The notes beneath the pieces were generated by a model, which saw only the letters and a program-made list of their open reading frames with translations, searched no databases and had not been told where the DNA came from. A stretch of DNA of 64,000 nt, from NCBI RefSeq assembly GCF_963921235.1, contig NC_086097.1:8184001-8248000 (forward strand), written 5' to 3'. Every line of letters begins with the position of its first letter. Position 1 is the stretch's first letter. The DNA comes from Mobula hypostoma. Its lineage: Eukaryota. The position numbers and the translations under genes are program-made. Of the stretch, positions 25,520-37,947 are shown in pieces.

Positions 25520-28500
25520 CTGATGACTCTGTAATAGTTGGATGCATCAGCAAGGGGGATGAGGCTGAGTACAGGGCTACGGTAGGAAACTTTGTCACAT
25601 GGTGTGAGCAGAATTATCTGCAGCTTAATGTGAAAAAGACTAAGGAGCTGGTGGTAGACCTGAGGAGGGCTAAGGCACTGGTGACCCCTGTTTCAATCCG
25701 GGGGGTCAGTGTGGACATGGTGGAGGATTACAAATACCTGGGGATACGAACTGACAATAAACTGGACTGGTCAAAGAACACTGAGGCTGTCTACAAGAAG
25801 GGTCAGAGCCATCTCTATTTTCTGAGGAGACTGAGGTCCTTTAACATCTGCTGGATGATGCTGAGGATGTTCTACGTATCTGTGGTGGCCAGTGCTAACA
25901 TGTTTGCTGTTGTGTGCTGGGGCAGCAGGCTGAGGGTAGCAGACACCAACAGATTCAACAAACTCATTCGTAAGGCCAGTGATGTTGTGGGAATGGAACT
26001 GGACTCTCTGACGGTGGTGTCTGAAAAGAGGATGCTGTCCAAGTTGCATGCCATCTTGGACAATGTCTCCCATCCACTACTAGGATAGAATCAAAGAGGA
26101 CAGGAAATTTTTTAATTGGGGAAAGGCAAATTATGAGGCTATAAGGCTAGAACTTGCAGGTGTGAATTGGGATGATGTTTTTGCAGGGAAATGTACTTTG
26201 GACATGTGGTCGATGTTTAGACATCTCTTGCGGGATGTAAGGGATAAATTTGTCCCGGTGAGGAAGATAACGAATGGTAGGTGAAGGTACCATGGGTGAC
26301 AAGTGAGGTGGAAAATCTAGTCAGGTGGAAGAAGGCAGCATACATGAGGTTTAGGAAGCATGGATCAGATGGGTCTATTGAGGAATATAGGGATGCAAGA
26401 AAGGAGCTTAAGAAGGGGCTGAGAAGAGCAAGAAGGGGGCATGAGAAGGCCTTGGTGAGTAGGGTAAAGGAAAACCCCAAGGCATTCTTCAATTATGTGA
26501 AGAAAAAAAGGATGACAGGAGTGAAGGTAGGACCGATTAGAGACAAAGGTGGGAAGATGTGCCTGGAGGCTGTGGAAGTGAGCGAGGTCCTAAATGAATA
26601 CTTCTCTTCGGTATTCACCAATGAGAGGGAACTTGATGATGGTGAGGACAATATGAGTGAGGTTGATGTTCTGGAGCATGTTGATATTAAGGGAGAGGTG
26701 GGTGTTGTAGTTGTTAAAATACATTAGGACAGATAAGTCCCCGGGGCCTGACGGAATATTCCCCAGGCTGCTCCACGAGGCGAGAGAAGAGATTGCCAAC
26801 CTTCTGGCTAGGATCTTTATGTCCTCGTTGTCCACGGGAATGGTAGCAGAGGATTGGAGGGAGGCGAATGTTGTTCCCTTGTTCAAAAAAAGTAGTAGGG
26901 ATAGTCCGGGTAATTATAGACCAGTGAGCCTTACGTCTGTGGTGTGAAAGCTGTTGGAAAAGATTCTTAGAGATAGGATCTCTGGTCATTTAGAGAATCA
27001 TGATCTGATCAGGGACAGTCAGCATGGCTTTGTGAAGGGCAGATCGTGTCTAACAAGCCTGATAGAGTTCTTTGAGGAGGTGACCAGGCATATAGATGAG
27101 GGTTGTGCAGTGGACGTGATCTATATGTACTTTAGTAAGGCATTTGACAAGGTTCCACACGGTAGGCTTATTCAGAAAGTTAGAAGGCATGGGATCCAGG
27201 GAAGTTTGGCCAGGTGGATTCAGAATTGGCTTGCCTGCAGAAGGCAGAGGGTGGTGGTGGAGGGAGTACATTCAGATTGGAGGATTGTGACTAGTGGTGT
27301 CCCACAAGCATCTACTCTGGGACCTCTACTTTTCGTGATTTTTATTAACGACCTGGATGTAGGGGTAGAAGGGTGGGTTGGAAAGTTTGCAGACGACACA
27401 AAGGTTGGTGGTGTTGTAGATAGTGCAGAGGATTGTCAAAGATTGCAGAGAGACATTGATAGGATGCAGACGTGGGCTGAGAAGTGGCAGATGGAGTTCA
27501 ACCTGGAGAAGTGTGAGGTGGTACACTTTGGAAGGACAAACTCCAAGGCAGAGTACAAAGTAAATGGCAGGATACTTGGTAGTGTGGATGAGCAGAGGGA
27601 TCTCGGGGTACATGTCCACAGATCCCTGAAAGTTGCCTCACAGGTGGATAGGGTCGTTAAGAAAGCTTATGGGGTGTCAGCTTTCATAAGTCGAGGGATA
27701 CAGTTTAAGAGTCGCGATGTAATGATGCAGCTCTATAAAACTCTGGTTAGGCCACACTTGGAGTACTGTGTCCAGTTCTGGTCACCTCACTATATGAAGG
27801 ATGTGGAAGCATTGGAAAGGGTACAGAGGAGATTTACCAGGATGCTGCTTGGTTTAGAAAGTATGCATTATGATCAGAGATAGGGCTTTACTCTTTGGAG
27901 AGAAGGAGGATGAGAGGAGACATGATAGAGGTGTACAAGATAATAAGAGGAATAGATAGAGTGGATAGCCAGCGCCTCTTCCCCAGGGCACCACTGCTCA
28001 ATACAAGAGGACATGGCTTTAAGGTAAGGGGTGGGAAGTTCAAGGGGGATATTAGAGGAAGGTTTTTTACTCAGAGAGTGGTTGGTGTGTGGAATGCACT
28101 GCCTGAGTCAATGGTGGAGGCAGATACATTAGTGAAGTTTAAGAGACTACTAGACAGGTATATGGAGGAATCTAAGGTGGGGGCTTATATGGGAGGCAGG
28201 GTTTGAGGGTCGGCACAACGTTGTGGGCCGAAGGGCCTGTACTGTGCTGTACTATTCTATGTTCTATGTTCTATACATAATGGACTGGTTGGGCACAGGA
28301 GTACATTCAGCCAGAGACGCATTCCACCAAGATGCAGCACAGAGTGTCATAGGAAGTCATTCCTGCCTGTGGCCATCAAACTTTACAACTCCTCCCTTGG
28401 AGGGTCAGACACCGTGAGTCAATAGGCTGGTCCTGGACTTATTTCTTAATTTACTGGCATAATTTACATATTACTATTTAACTATTTATGGTTTTATTAC

Positions 28501-28590
28501 TATTTAATTATTTATGGTGCAACTGTAATGAAAACCAATTTCCCTCGGTTTCAATAAAGTATGACTATGACTACTATGACCATGACTAGA
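25520..28590 (+). mobile_element. Second Rex1/Babar-type LINE family, split by a CR1 insertion
   Basis: SDDSVIVG, KKTKELVVD, YKYLG, LYFLRRLRSF (25630..26088); resumes at ~28274 with ...RKSFLPVAIKLYNS and a (TATGAC)n tail; an uninterrupted sister copy lies at 57446-57836 (-). Confidence 0.88.
26081..28273 (+). mobile_element. Young CR1 LINE, 5'-truncated, RT nearly intact
   Basis: ORFs 26281..26727, 26711..26947, 26954..27883 (FSKAFDKV, GVPQ, KFADDTK) and 27895..28206; (TGTTCTA)n tail. Confidence 0.95.
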
Positions 28591-30049
28591 TTCTATCATG
28601 GTTCTTGGATTTTCTGAGTAATTATCTCAGGATTGTATATGTCGACACATATGTACTCAGATAAAAATTTACTTTGAACTTTGTAATCAGATGTGGGATG
28701 CCAATAGCAGACCCTCAAAATAAACACACCATTTTACCGATAAATCACCATCAGCTGAGAGTGTCTGACCAGTTCTCAGTCTCTCCTCCGTTGGTACTTG
28801 GCAGGAGAGAGATTGACAAGGGTGTCTTTGACATCGTTTGGAGGATATTATTGTCTAATTTCCCAACAGTGACATTAACTACAGATGTTATTCCATGCCT
28901 CAGCCAGCCTTTCTTCTGACGATTACCCTTGTTCCTTTGTGGAACTCTTGTAGCTTTGTTAAGTCAGGGAACTTAATAATTTGCATGCAAGTTTACATAG
29001 GTCAATAAAAATGCTTCAGTGCAAACTATCAAATCCCATTTTGACTTTATAAAACATAAAAGATCCCAGGATGAAAATTAATCCTTCAATATAATCCTGT
29101 GAGCTTGTTATGCCCTTAGTCACTGCTTCACAGACTGTAACTTTGCTCTGACCGCGGAAATTCTTTTTTGATGACAGAAAATCATGTTAGCAAAGAATAT
29201 TCTAAACATTATATCTTCGTAAAGCTTGATGTTTTGACAACATTATTGTGTAGTGTCATGGTCTGCATGTATTCACATGGGGAAGGAATACTTTTCTAAT
29301 AAAAACACATTTCAAAAAAGAAAACAAGCAGTAAGCTATTTTTTCTCGTAACCGTGTCTATGATTCCAGCTGCAGTATAAGAATAACGTGTGTCACCCTG
29401 ATGTAACTTGTAGACTGTATCATTAGAAAGGAAATACTGTATTTGGTTGGGTAGCAGAGTGGAGATACATCTCTACCGAAGGAGGCATAAGGCGCTTCTT
29501 CCCTCTGCTAGCCTGTGGTCTCCCTTGGCCAAGTTGTAGCACTTGCTTAACTCCCCCCCCCAACCAATCAGGGTCACGTGAAGCTGTGGGAGCATGTGGT
29601 GGATGGTTATATGAGCAGCTGGTGCACATCACAAGTCCTGGTTATGCAACCACTAATGTCAGGCAGACAATCTCTGAAGAGCAAAGACACTGCCCAGAAG
29701 AAGGCAATGGCAAACCACATCTGCAGAAAAAGTTGGCAAGAACAATCACATAACAGGGCACAGAATGTATGAATGGTATATGGAGTGATAGGGTGGGAGA
29801 TAATTATCAAAAGGTACTCCTGATTGTTTACAGTGAAGTTATTCTCCTTTGCACAATTAAACACTTTTTCTACAAAAAGTGGTGGATTTTAGCCCAGTCC
29901 TTCACAAGAAAAGCCCTCCTTACCATTGAGCACATCTAAAATGAGTGCTGCCACAAGAAAGCAGCATCCAACATCATGGTCCCCACTACCAAGTCCATAC
30001 TCTCTTGTCACTGCTTCCCACATCACTGGGTTAGAAGCAGTTGTTACCC

Positions 30050-30294
30050 TTCAACCATTAGGCCCCTGAACCAGCGTGGATAACTTCAACCATCAGGCCC
30101 CTGAACCAGCGTGGATAACTTCAACCATCAGGCCCCTGAACCAGCGTGGATAACTTCAACCATCAGGCCCCTGAACCAGCGTGGATAACTTCAACCATCA
30201 GGCCCCTGAACCAGCGTGGATAACTTCAACCATCAGGCCCCTGAACCAGCGTGGATAACTTCAACCATCAGGCCCCTGAACCAGCATGGATAAC
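30050..30294 (+). repeat. Minisatellite, 7 x 35 bp (TTCAACCATCAGGCCCCTGAACCAGCGTGGATAAC)
   Basis: Seven head-to-tail, near-identical units; the unit equals the ORF-end segment of the surrounding Rex1/Babar fragment. Confidence 0.95.
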
Positions 30295-30364
30295 TTTACT
30301 CACTTCAACACTGGACTGATTACTGAAGGCAACTCACTTTCAAGGACTCGATGATTATTTTTAA

Positions 30365-30657
30365 ATTTTTAAAAATTTATTGAGATACAGCATGGAATAG
30401 GCCTTTCTTGCCTTTTGAGCCCTACTGTCCAACAATTGCTTGATTTCATCCGAGAATAATCGCAGGAGAACTTACAATGACAAATAAATCTACCAACTGG
30501 TACGTCTTTGGTACGTGTGAGGAAACCAGAGCACCTAGAGGAAACCCAAGCAGTCATGGGGAGAACGTACGAACTCCTTACAGGGTAGCGGCAGGAATTG
30601 ATCTGGGTCGCTGCTACTGTGAAGTGTTGTGCTAACCACTATGCTACCGTGCCACCA
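30365..30657 (-). mobile_element. tRNA-derived V-SINE (HE1-like); related copies ~42640-42810, ~42930-43190, ~59957-60375, ~62905-63215
   Basis: Minus strand GGTGGCACGGTAGCATAGTGGTTAGC (A box), degenerate B box, and central GGGTTTCCTCTAGGTGCTCTGGTTTCCTC V-domain-like core. Confidence 0.75.
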
Positions 30658-30944
30658 TGTTCTTGGCATCTTTTCTTTATCTATTTAATTATTTACTATT
30701 ACTATTAATATTTGCACAGTTTGTCTTTCTTTGCATATTGGTTGCTTCTCAGTCTTTGTGTGTAGCTTTTCATTGATTCTATTGTATTTTTTTGTTCTCC
30801 TGTGATTGTCCGCAAGAAGTGCTGTGATAATGTAATGGTTACTGTGACGCTATAACAGCTCAGGGTGTCAGAGTTTAGTTCTGGCATCATCCGTAAGAAA
30901 GCTTGTATGTCCTTCCTCTGTGCACTTGGGTTTCCATCTACAGT

Positions 30945-31700
30945 CTGAAGATAGACAATAGGTGCAGGAGTAGGCCATTCGGCCCTTTGAGCCAGCACCG
31001 CCATTCAGTATGATCATGGCTGATCATCCATAATCAGTACTCCTTTCCTGCCTTCTCCCCATATCCCTTGACTCCCCTATCATTAAGAGCTCTATCTAAC
31101 TCTTTCTTGAAAGCATCCAGAGACTTGGCCTCCACTGCCTTCTGAGGCAGAGCATTCCACAGATCCACAACTCTCTGGGTGAAAAAGTTTTTCCTCGACT
31201 CCATTCTAAATGGCCTACCCCTTATTCTCAAATTGTGGCCTCTGGTTCTGGACTCCCCCAACATCGGGAACATGTTTCCCGCCTCTAGCGTGTCTAATCC
31301 CTTAATAATCTTATATGTATCAATCAGATCCCCTCTCATCCTTCTAAATTCCAGTGTGTACAAGCCCAGTCGCTCCAATCTTTCGACATATGACAGTCCC
31401 GCCATCCCAGGAATTAACCTCGTGAACCTCCACTGCACTACCTCAATAGTAAGAATGTCCTTCCTCGGATTTGGAGACCTGAACTGTACACAATATTCCA
31501 GGTGTGGTTACACCAGGGCCCTGTACAACTGCAGAAGGACCACTTTGCTCCTATACTCAACTCCCCTTGTTATGAAGGCCAACATGCCATTAGCTTTCTT
31601 CACTGCCTGCTGTACCTGCATGCTTACTTTCAGTGACTGATGAACAAGGTCACCTAGATCTCGTTGTACTTCCCCTTTTCCTAACTTGACACCATTCAAA
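30945..31700 (-). mobile_element. CR1 3' portion
   Basis: ORFs 31034..31438 and 31508..31699. Confidence 0.92.
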
Positions 31701-32330
31701 GATGTGATGGTTCATCAGACTCTCAGTCATCCAGGTCATTGTATGTCGAGCAGCAGTGGACTTACAGTGTTGTCTAGAAGATGTTTTGCCACTCATCCAA
31801 GAGGCTTCTTCAGTTCTGACCCATGGTGGGTAGTTTTCTGGAATATAAATGTTAAGACTAAACAGAGCAATATTGTGTATGCTATCCAGTGTAATGAGAA
31901 TTGCACGGATCTGTATATTGGCGAGATAAAGCTACCACTTCACAAACGGATGGCCCAACATCGGAGGGCAAGCACCTCAGGTCAAGACTCAGCTGTACCT
32001 CTGCACCTAACGGACAAGGGACACTCCTTTGATAACAATGTGCACATTTTGGACAGGGAGGACAGGTGGTTTGAAGACGGGATTATTGAAGCCATCTTGG
32101 TCAAACAGGAAAATCCATCCCTATACAGAGAGTGTGGGGTACAGCATCACCAATCAGCTACTTACAAAACAGTCCTAATATCTCCACCCTGGCATCCCCA
32201 CAGCAGTTCACACCTCCATTCATGCAAAGATAAGACTAATAACCCTCTCATTACCTCTATGACTCTTAATGACCCTCATGTGATTTCTACACCTTTAAAC
32301 AACTCACAGAGTTTACTATTGCTTCACATA
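31700..32330. mobile_element. Second PLE family (Penelope/Poseidon-like): GIY-YIG on plus strand, inverted terminal segment with a decayed hammerhead
   Basis: KQSNIVYAIQCNENCTDLYIGE.K.PLHKRMAQH...ILDREDRWFE.GI.EAI in ORF 31686..32471; minus strand AGAA-CTGAAGA-AGCC...GGC-AAAA-CATC-TTCT at 31776-31817. Confidence 0.82.
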
Positions 32331-32379
32331 CCAGTTAGTTGTCCTATGCTTGGACTGGGGTTCAATCAGTGGGTTGCTG

Positions 32380-33205
32380 GGTGCTGCCAGCACCAGGTCA
32401 AGGTGTACCATCATCTCTTTGGGGGGCTCCACCCATTGTGCCATGTGGCAAGTTTGACATGCACCAGCTGAGGCTCCAGGCAGTCGGAACTATTGCAACA
32501 GGGGAGCTTTAGGGTGGACCCTGAGGCATAGATAGCTGGAGCCCATTGGTTTTCTTCTTCCTCTGAGGGCTTTGGAGGTGCCTACCACATTGCCTGTCCT
32601 CCCATGGCTGTGGTGTCTTGGGTTCCCAAGTGTGGGTTATGTTGGGAGGTAGATGATAAGGGTGGGGAGCCTAGCTACACTCGCCCAATCAGGTTTCTCT
32701 CTGGTTTGGCACCCTGTACTCGGGAAATCAGCCCGGGGGACCGGGGAGGCATACCACTCAGTCCCTTGACTAATTCCTTAGATCTAAGGGAGTGTCATCC
32801 AACCTTGGAACTCTTCCATTTCATGGTCAACTTGTAATCCCACACCTGACACAAATATGGCGAGCATTCGGTCCATGATGACAGACGAGAAAAACTCCTG
32901 AATCTCAACCGCTGTTTGTATTGTGACAAGCACAATAACAGACAGAGTGCCATCGCTCGGTAAGTACTAGCTCAGATGGGGGAGGTGATTATTACACACT
33001 TCAGTTATATTGAGGGTGCCACAAAACACAGAAGCAAACAACTGTACAACCCGAGCTAAGATGTAACAATAAATGAACTCGGACATCTTACCGTAATTCT
33101 ACTGATCATGCACATCACCAACGCATATTAAAACAAGAACACTAAGTAGCGTTGTCCACTAGGAATGCTGGAGTGAACTGTTATCCACACCCCTGGAACG
33201 TCACA
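32380..33205 (-). mobile_element. Decayed Ty3/Gypsy 5' end: LTR (~32856-33205), tRNA-Leu-like PBS and gag fragment
   Basis: Minus strand begins TGTGACG; PBS TTGTGTCAGGTGTGGGAT (32837-32854) differs at 2 positions from the complement of a tRNA-Leu 3' end (recalled); downstream LEPQLVHVKLATWHNGW...VHLDL resembles a Gypsy gag. Confidence 0.6.
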
Positions 33206-34914
33206 GTATGTAATTATTGATGTAGTGTGGTAGTGTTCATGGGTTTATTGTCCATTCAGAAATCTGATGGTGGACGGGAAGAAGCTCTTCCAGAATCGTT
33301 GAGTGTGTGCCTTCAGTCCTCTGTACCTCCTCCCTGATGGTAGCAATGAGAACAGGGCATCACCTGGGTGATGGATGCCAACTTTTTGAGGTATCTCTCG
33401 TTGAAAATACCCTGGATGCTGGGGAGGTTCGTGCCTGAGTTTGCAACTCTCTGCAGGTTATTTTGATCCTGTGCAGTGGCTTCCCACCCACCGCCACCCC
33501 CACCGTCCCCCACACCGCCCCATACCAGCTGGCAATGCAGCCAGTTGGAATGCTTTCCATGGTGCATCTGTAGAAATTTGCAAGTGTCTTTGGATCTTCA
33601 AGGCTGAAAGAGAGGTAGTTTTCATACCGAAACTGATTACAAAGCACTCAGTAACCTAATACAGTTGCTTGAGTTTTGTGGTTTCAAGTTCAATGATCAA
33701 TAATAAAACAATTTAATTAAAATAAGCATCCAATCTCACAGATGTGCTAGCACCTCCTCTGTGCAAACCAACAAGAACCACAGAAAGTCACACCCATCTA
33801 CCTTCCAACTCAGTGGAATTACTGGAAAATAGGGATAGGGATCCCATGGGACAATACAAGGAAGGGGTGGGATGTCCATTCTGATTTCCTGACCAAGTGT
33901 AAATCAACACATTGGAATTCATCCTTGTGATAAATGTGTCCATGTTCTAAGAGGTGAACATTGCAAACATCCTCTGAAATTCTCTTCTACTGACATCAGT
34001 GGAATTAAATTTAGAAACTGAGTGCATTGTACAGCCACTAGTATGTTGTATGAAAAACACAGGTACTCAGGGTAAATTCATAAGCAACAGTCTGGCCATT
34101 TATTCTACTTTTTGGATACAATAGGGTCTTTTAAGAGACTCTTAGATAGATACATGGAGCTTAGAAAAATAGAGGGCTATGTGGTAGGAAAATTCTAGGC
34201 AGCTTCTCGAATAGGTTACATGGTTGGCACAACATTGTGGGCCAAACAGTCTGTAATGTCTTGTAGATTTTCTTTGTTCTATGTTCTATGTTTGTGGGAT
34301 TTTGTTATGTACAATTATGCTTTTTTTGTGGGATCTGCATTATAAACAAGGCCAGTGTTTCTAAATGTTCCTGGACTGAGTGGCACATAATAACTCAACC
34401 GTATATGGATTCATAGACTGGGAGGTGATTAAATTAAAAGGTACTCCTGATAGTCGTCAGTGAAGGTATTCTGTTTTACACAATTTTCTACGATGTTAAC
34501 CCAGTCCATTACAGGGAAAGCTCTCCTTATCATTGAGTACATCTACAAGGAGTTCTGCCACGTGAAAGTGGGACCCCCACATTCCAGGCCATGCTCTCTT
34601 CACATTGCTACCATCAGGAAAGATGTACAGTAGTCCAAGGTCTCACATCATCAGGTTCAGGGATCGTTATTACCCTACAACCATCAAGCTCCTGAAGTGA
34701 ATGACTTCACTCACCTCAATACTGAACTGATCACTGAATGCATAATCATTTACAAGGACTCTATAACTGAAAGGCTTGCTGGGGCCATTAAAATCAACAC
34801 TATTGCTGTCATAGAGCATGCAAGCTGATCCTTCAGTCTAACTCATTCATGCCAGACAAGATGCCTACCTGAAACGTTCACACCGGCCTGTGTTTGACTT
34901 GTATCCTTCTAATC

Positions 34915-34993
34915 CAGGATCTCCCAACCTTTTTATGTCATGAACCCGTACTATTAATTGAAAGGACCATGGACACCAGATTGTGAACCCCTG
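34915..34993. mobile_element. Short degenerate hAT MITE
   Basis: CAGGATCTCCCAACC ... GATTGTGAACCCCTG termini; imperfect 8-bp flanks TTCTAATC / CTTTAAAC; interrupts a CR1 3' fragment. Confidence 0.6.
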
Positions 34994-36066
34994 CTTTAAA
35001 CCTTTCCTATTCATGCACCTGTGTACCATTTCCTGTAGAGCTGAGCTGCTTCAGCTAGTCTGGTGTCACAACAAGGATGACTGGGTAAGAATAGTTACAT
35101 GTCTTTAGCTCCACAATATTAGATAACCAGTTGGCAGAGGTGAAAATCAGCTGATACAAATATTGCTAAGAAGTTGTTGATCCTTTCTGTGCCTTGTGGT
35201 GCATCGGGTGGCAACCTTACCATTGCTTTAACGTTAGTCTGTTTTCACAAGGTCAAGTTGCTAGTTGCACTCAAACCAACACGGATGGAAGGCATGCAAA
35301 GAGCTGGCTGGATTCCAGCCTGGGGCCACTCACCTCAACATCTAATGCAGATGCCACTGCACCACAGGCCAACACATTGCCAAGAAGTGGTTTGAAATAA
35401 TTACATAGTAGTACTAGGATAAGTGTAGCTAAGCTTCAGCTCCAGTGACCTTGGTTTGATTCAAACCTCGAGCGTGCCTTGTAATGGATATAGGTGAAAC
35501 CACCGAGAGGATCACCAGGGTCTCCCTCCCTTCCTCCACCCCCACCCCCCATTTGTGACTTTACCGGGAGCGTTGTATATGCAGGGCCCAGGGCATTGTT
35601 GAGGATCTCTACTACCCATCCCACAATCTCCATGGCACACCTCCATTAGGAAGGAGGTACAGGAGCATCAGGACTAAGACTGCCAGGCTGCAACACAGCT
35701 TCTTTCCTCAGGCTCGGAGACTAAAGAATACCCTGCCACAACTGAGATCTCATCACCAGGTCAGCAAGCTGTTTACTGTACAGTTTCCCATTTACTATTT
35801 ACTAGAGCTACACATTACATGCACTTCAATGATTCAAAGATTCAAAGAACATTTATTACCAATGTATGTATACTGCATGCAGTACAACCCCAAGTTTCAT
35901 CTTCCCACAGACAGCCACGAAACAAAGACAATCACAGAACCTGTTCAAAGAAAACATCAAGCCCCCAATGCTCAAAACAAAAAGAACAAATTGCACAAAC
36001 GACAAAGAAACGAGTGAAATACATGGAATATAACCAGATTTGAAAGAAAAGAAAGAAGTGAAAGAA

Positions 36067-37270
36067 GTGGACTTTCAGAAGGCCTTTGAGAAAGTGACAC
36101 ACATGAGGCTGCTTACCAAGTTAAGGGCCCATGGTATTACAGGAAGGTTACTAATATGGTTAGAGCATTGGCTAATTTTTAGGAGGCAGAGAGTGGGAAT
36201 AAAAGGATTCTTGTCTGGTTGGCTGCCAGTGACTAGTGGTGTTCCACAGGGGTCAGTGTTGGGACCGCTTTGTTTTATGCTGTATTTAAATGATTTAGAT
36301 AATGGAAAAGATGGCTTTGTTGCCAAGTTTGCAAATGATACAAAGATTGGTGGATGGCCAGAGAGTGTTGAGCAAACAGGTAGACAGTGGGAGGACTTAG
36401 ACAGATTAGGAGAATGGGAAGAGAGTGGCAAGTAAAATACAATGTTGGAAAATGCATGCTCATGAACTCTGTTAGTAGAAATAAATGCGCAGACTATTTT
36501 CTAAATGGGGAGAAAATCCAAAAATCTGTGATGCAAAGGGATTTGGGAGGTCTTGTGCAGAACATCTTAAAGGTTAACTTGTAGGTTGAGTCGGTGGCGA
36601 AGAAGGCAAATGCAATATTAGCATTCATTTCAAGAGGTCTAGAATACAAGAGCAGGGATGTAATGCTGAATCTTTATAAGGCACTGCTGAGACCTCACCT
36701 TGAGTATTGTGAACAGTATTGGACTCTTTGTCTAAGATATTCTGGCAGTGGAGAAGGTTCAGAGGAAGTTCACAAGGATAATTCCAGGAATGAAAGTGTT
36801 ATCATACGAGAAATGTTTGATGTCTCTGGATCTGTACTTGCTGGAATTTAGAAGGATGGGAAGGGGGGGAGGAATCTCATTGAAACCTTTTGAATATTGA
36901 AAAGCCTAGACAAAGCAGATGTGGAAAGGATATTTCCCTTGGTGGGGGAGTCTAGGACAAGAGGGCACAGCCTCAGGATAGAGGGGTGTCCATTTAAAAC
37001 AGAGACACAGTGAAATTTCCTTAGTTAGATGGTGGTGAGTTTGTGGAATTTGTTAACGCAGGCAGCTGTGGAGGCCAGGTCATAGGGTGTATTTAAGGCA
37101 GAGATTGATAGGTTATTGATTTGACATGGCATCAAAGGTTACAGGGAGAAGGCTGGGGAATGGGGTTAAGGAGCAGAAAAAAAAGATCAGCCATGATTGA
37201 ATAGTGGAGCAGACTCAATGTGTCAAGTGGCCTAATTCTGTTCCTGTGTCTCATGGTCTTACGGTCTAAG
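36067..37270 (+). mobile_element. CR1 RT and 3' end
   Basis: DFQKAFEKV, GVPQGSVLGP, KFANDTK, PHLEYC; CR1 3' UTR. Confidence 0.92.
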
Positions 37271-37648
37271 TAGTTTTGCCAACCATCTGGAAGATATTGC
37301 CCTTAGTCAAGTTGTTTTCTGCCGCAATCTTCTGGAATCATATTGCTTTGTATTTTATTTGTGGCAATATTTTGTTTTATGTGCTGCATGTGATATATGT
37401 TGTGTGGCTGCATGCTGGTACAGAAGAATGTTGTTTTGTTGTGTATATATACAGTCATATGACAGTAAAATGGAACTAGAACTTGAGATGAAATTTGTAC
37501 CTTCTCCATGCCGATTGTTGTAAATCTCCACTGTTTTCAGTGGCTAAGGATTGAATAAGGGGAATAGGTTGCCAGGAAAATGGAACCGGTGAGAATGTTT
37601 TGTGCTAACAGGAAGTCTGACAAAAATGAGTTAAATTGGCAACGTTAG

Positions 37649-37878
37649 TGAAGCACCTTCAATTACTCCAAAAGACTGAGGTTTGGTAAAAATACTGAAA
37701 GGCTTTTATTCGCTGTACAATACGACCTCCACAGTGAGTGTCTGCCCCCGGACTGAGGGGGAGGGGCAAGGCGAACACCTTTATACAGGACTCTGTGGGA
37801 GGAGCCACAGGAGCAGTCAGCAGAGGTGTGTGTCCAGACAGGTAACCAAGTTACAACGTATATACATGGTTTACCACA
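37649..37878 (-). repeat. 3' LTR
   Basis: Direct repeat of 41952-42181 (9 substitutions counted by eye); preceded on the minus strand by PPT AAAAAAAGGAGGGGTGAA. Confidence 0.97.
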
Positions 37879-37947
37879 TTCACCCCTCCTTTTTTTAAAA
37901 AGAGTCCCGCGGGATGAAGTGACTGACAATATTTACAAGAAGTATAT

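Noticed and set aside
30050..30294. CRISPR-like array of ~35-bp repeats
   Set aside because: Units are head-to-tail with no unique spacers, there are no cas genes, the context is eukaryotic, and the unit derives from a LINE end.
30590..30657. tRNA gene
   Set aside because: The tRNA-like head runs into a SINE body, with no full cloverleaf or terminator.
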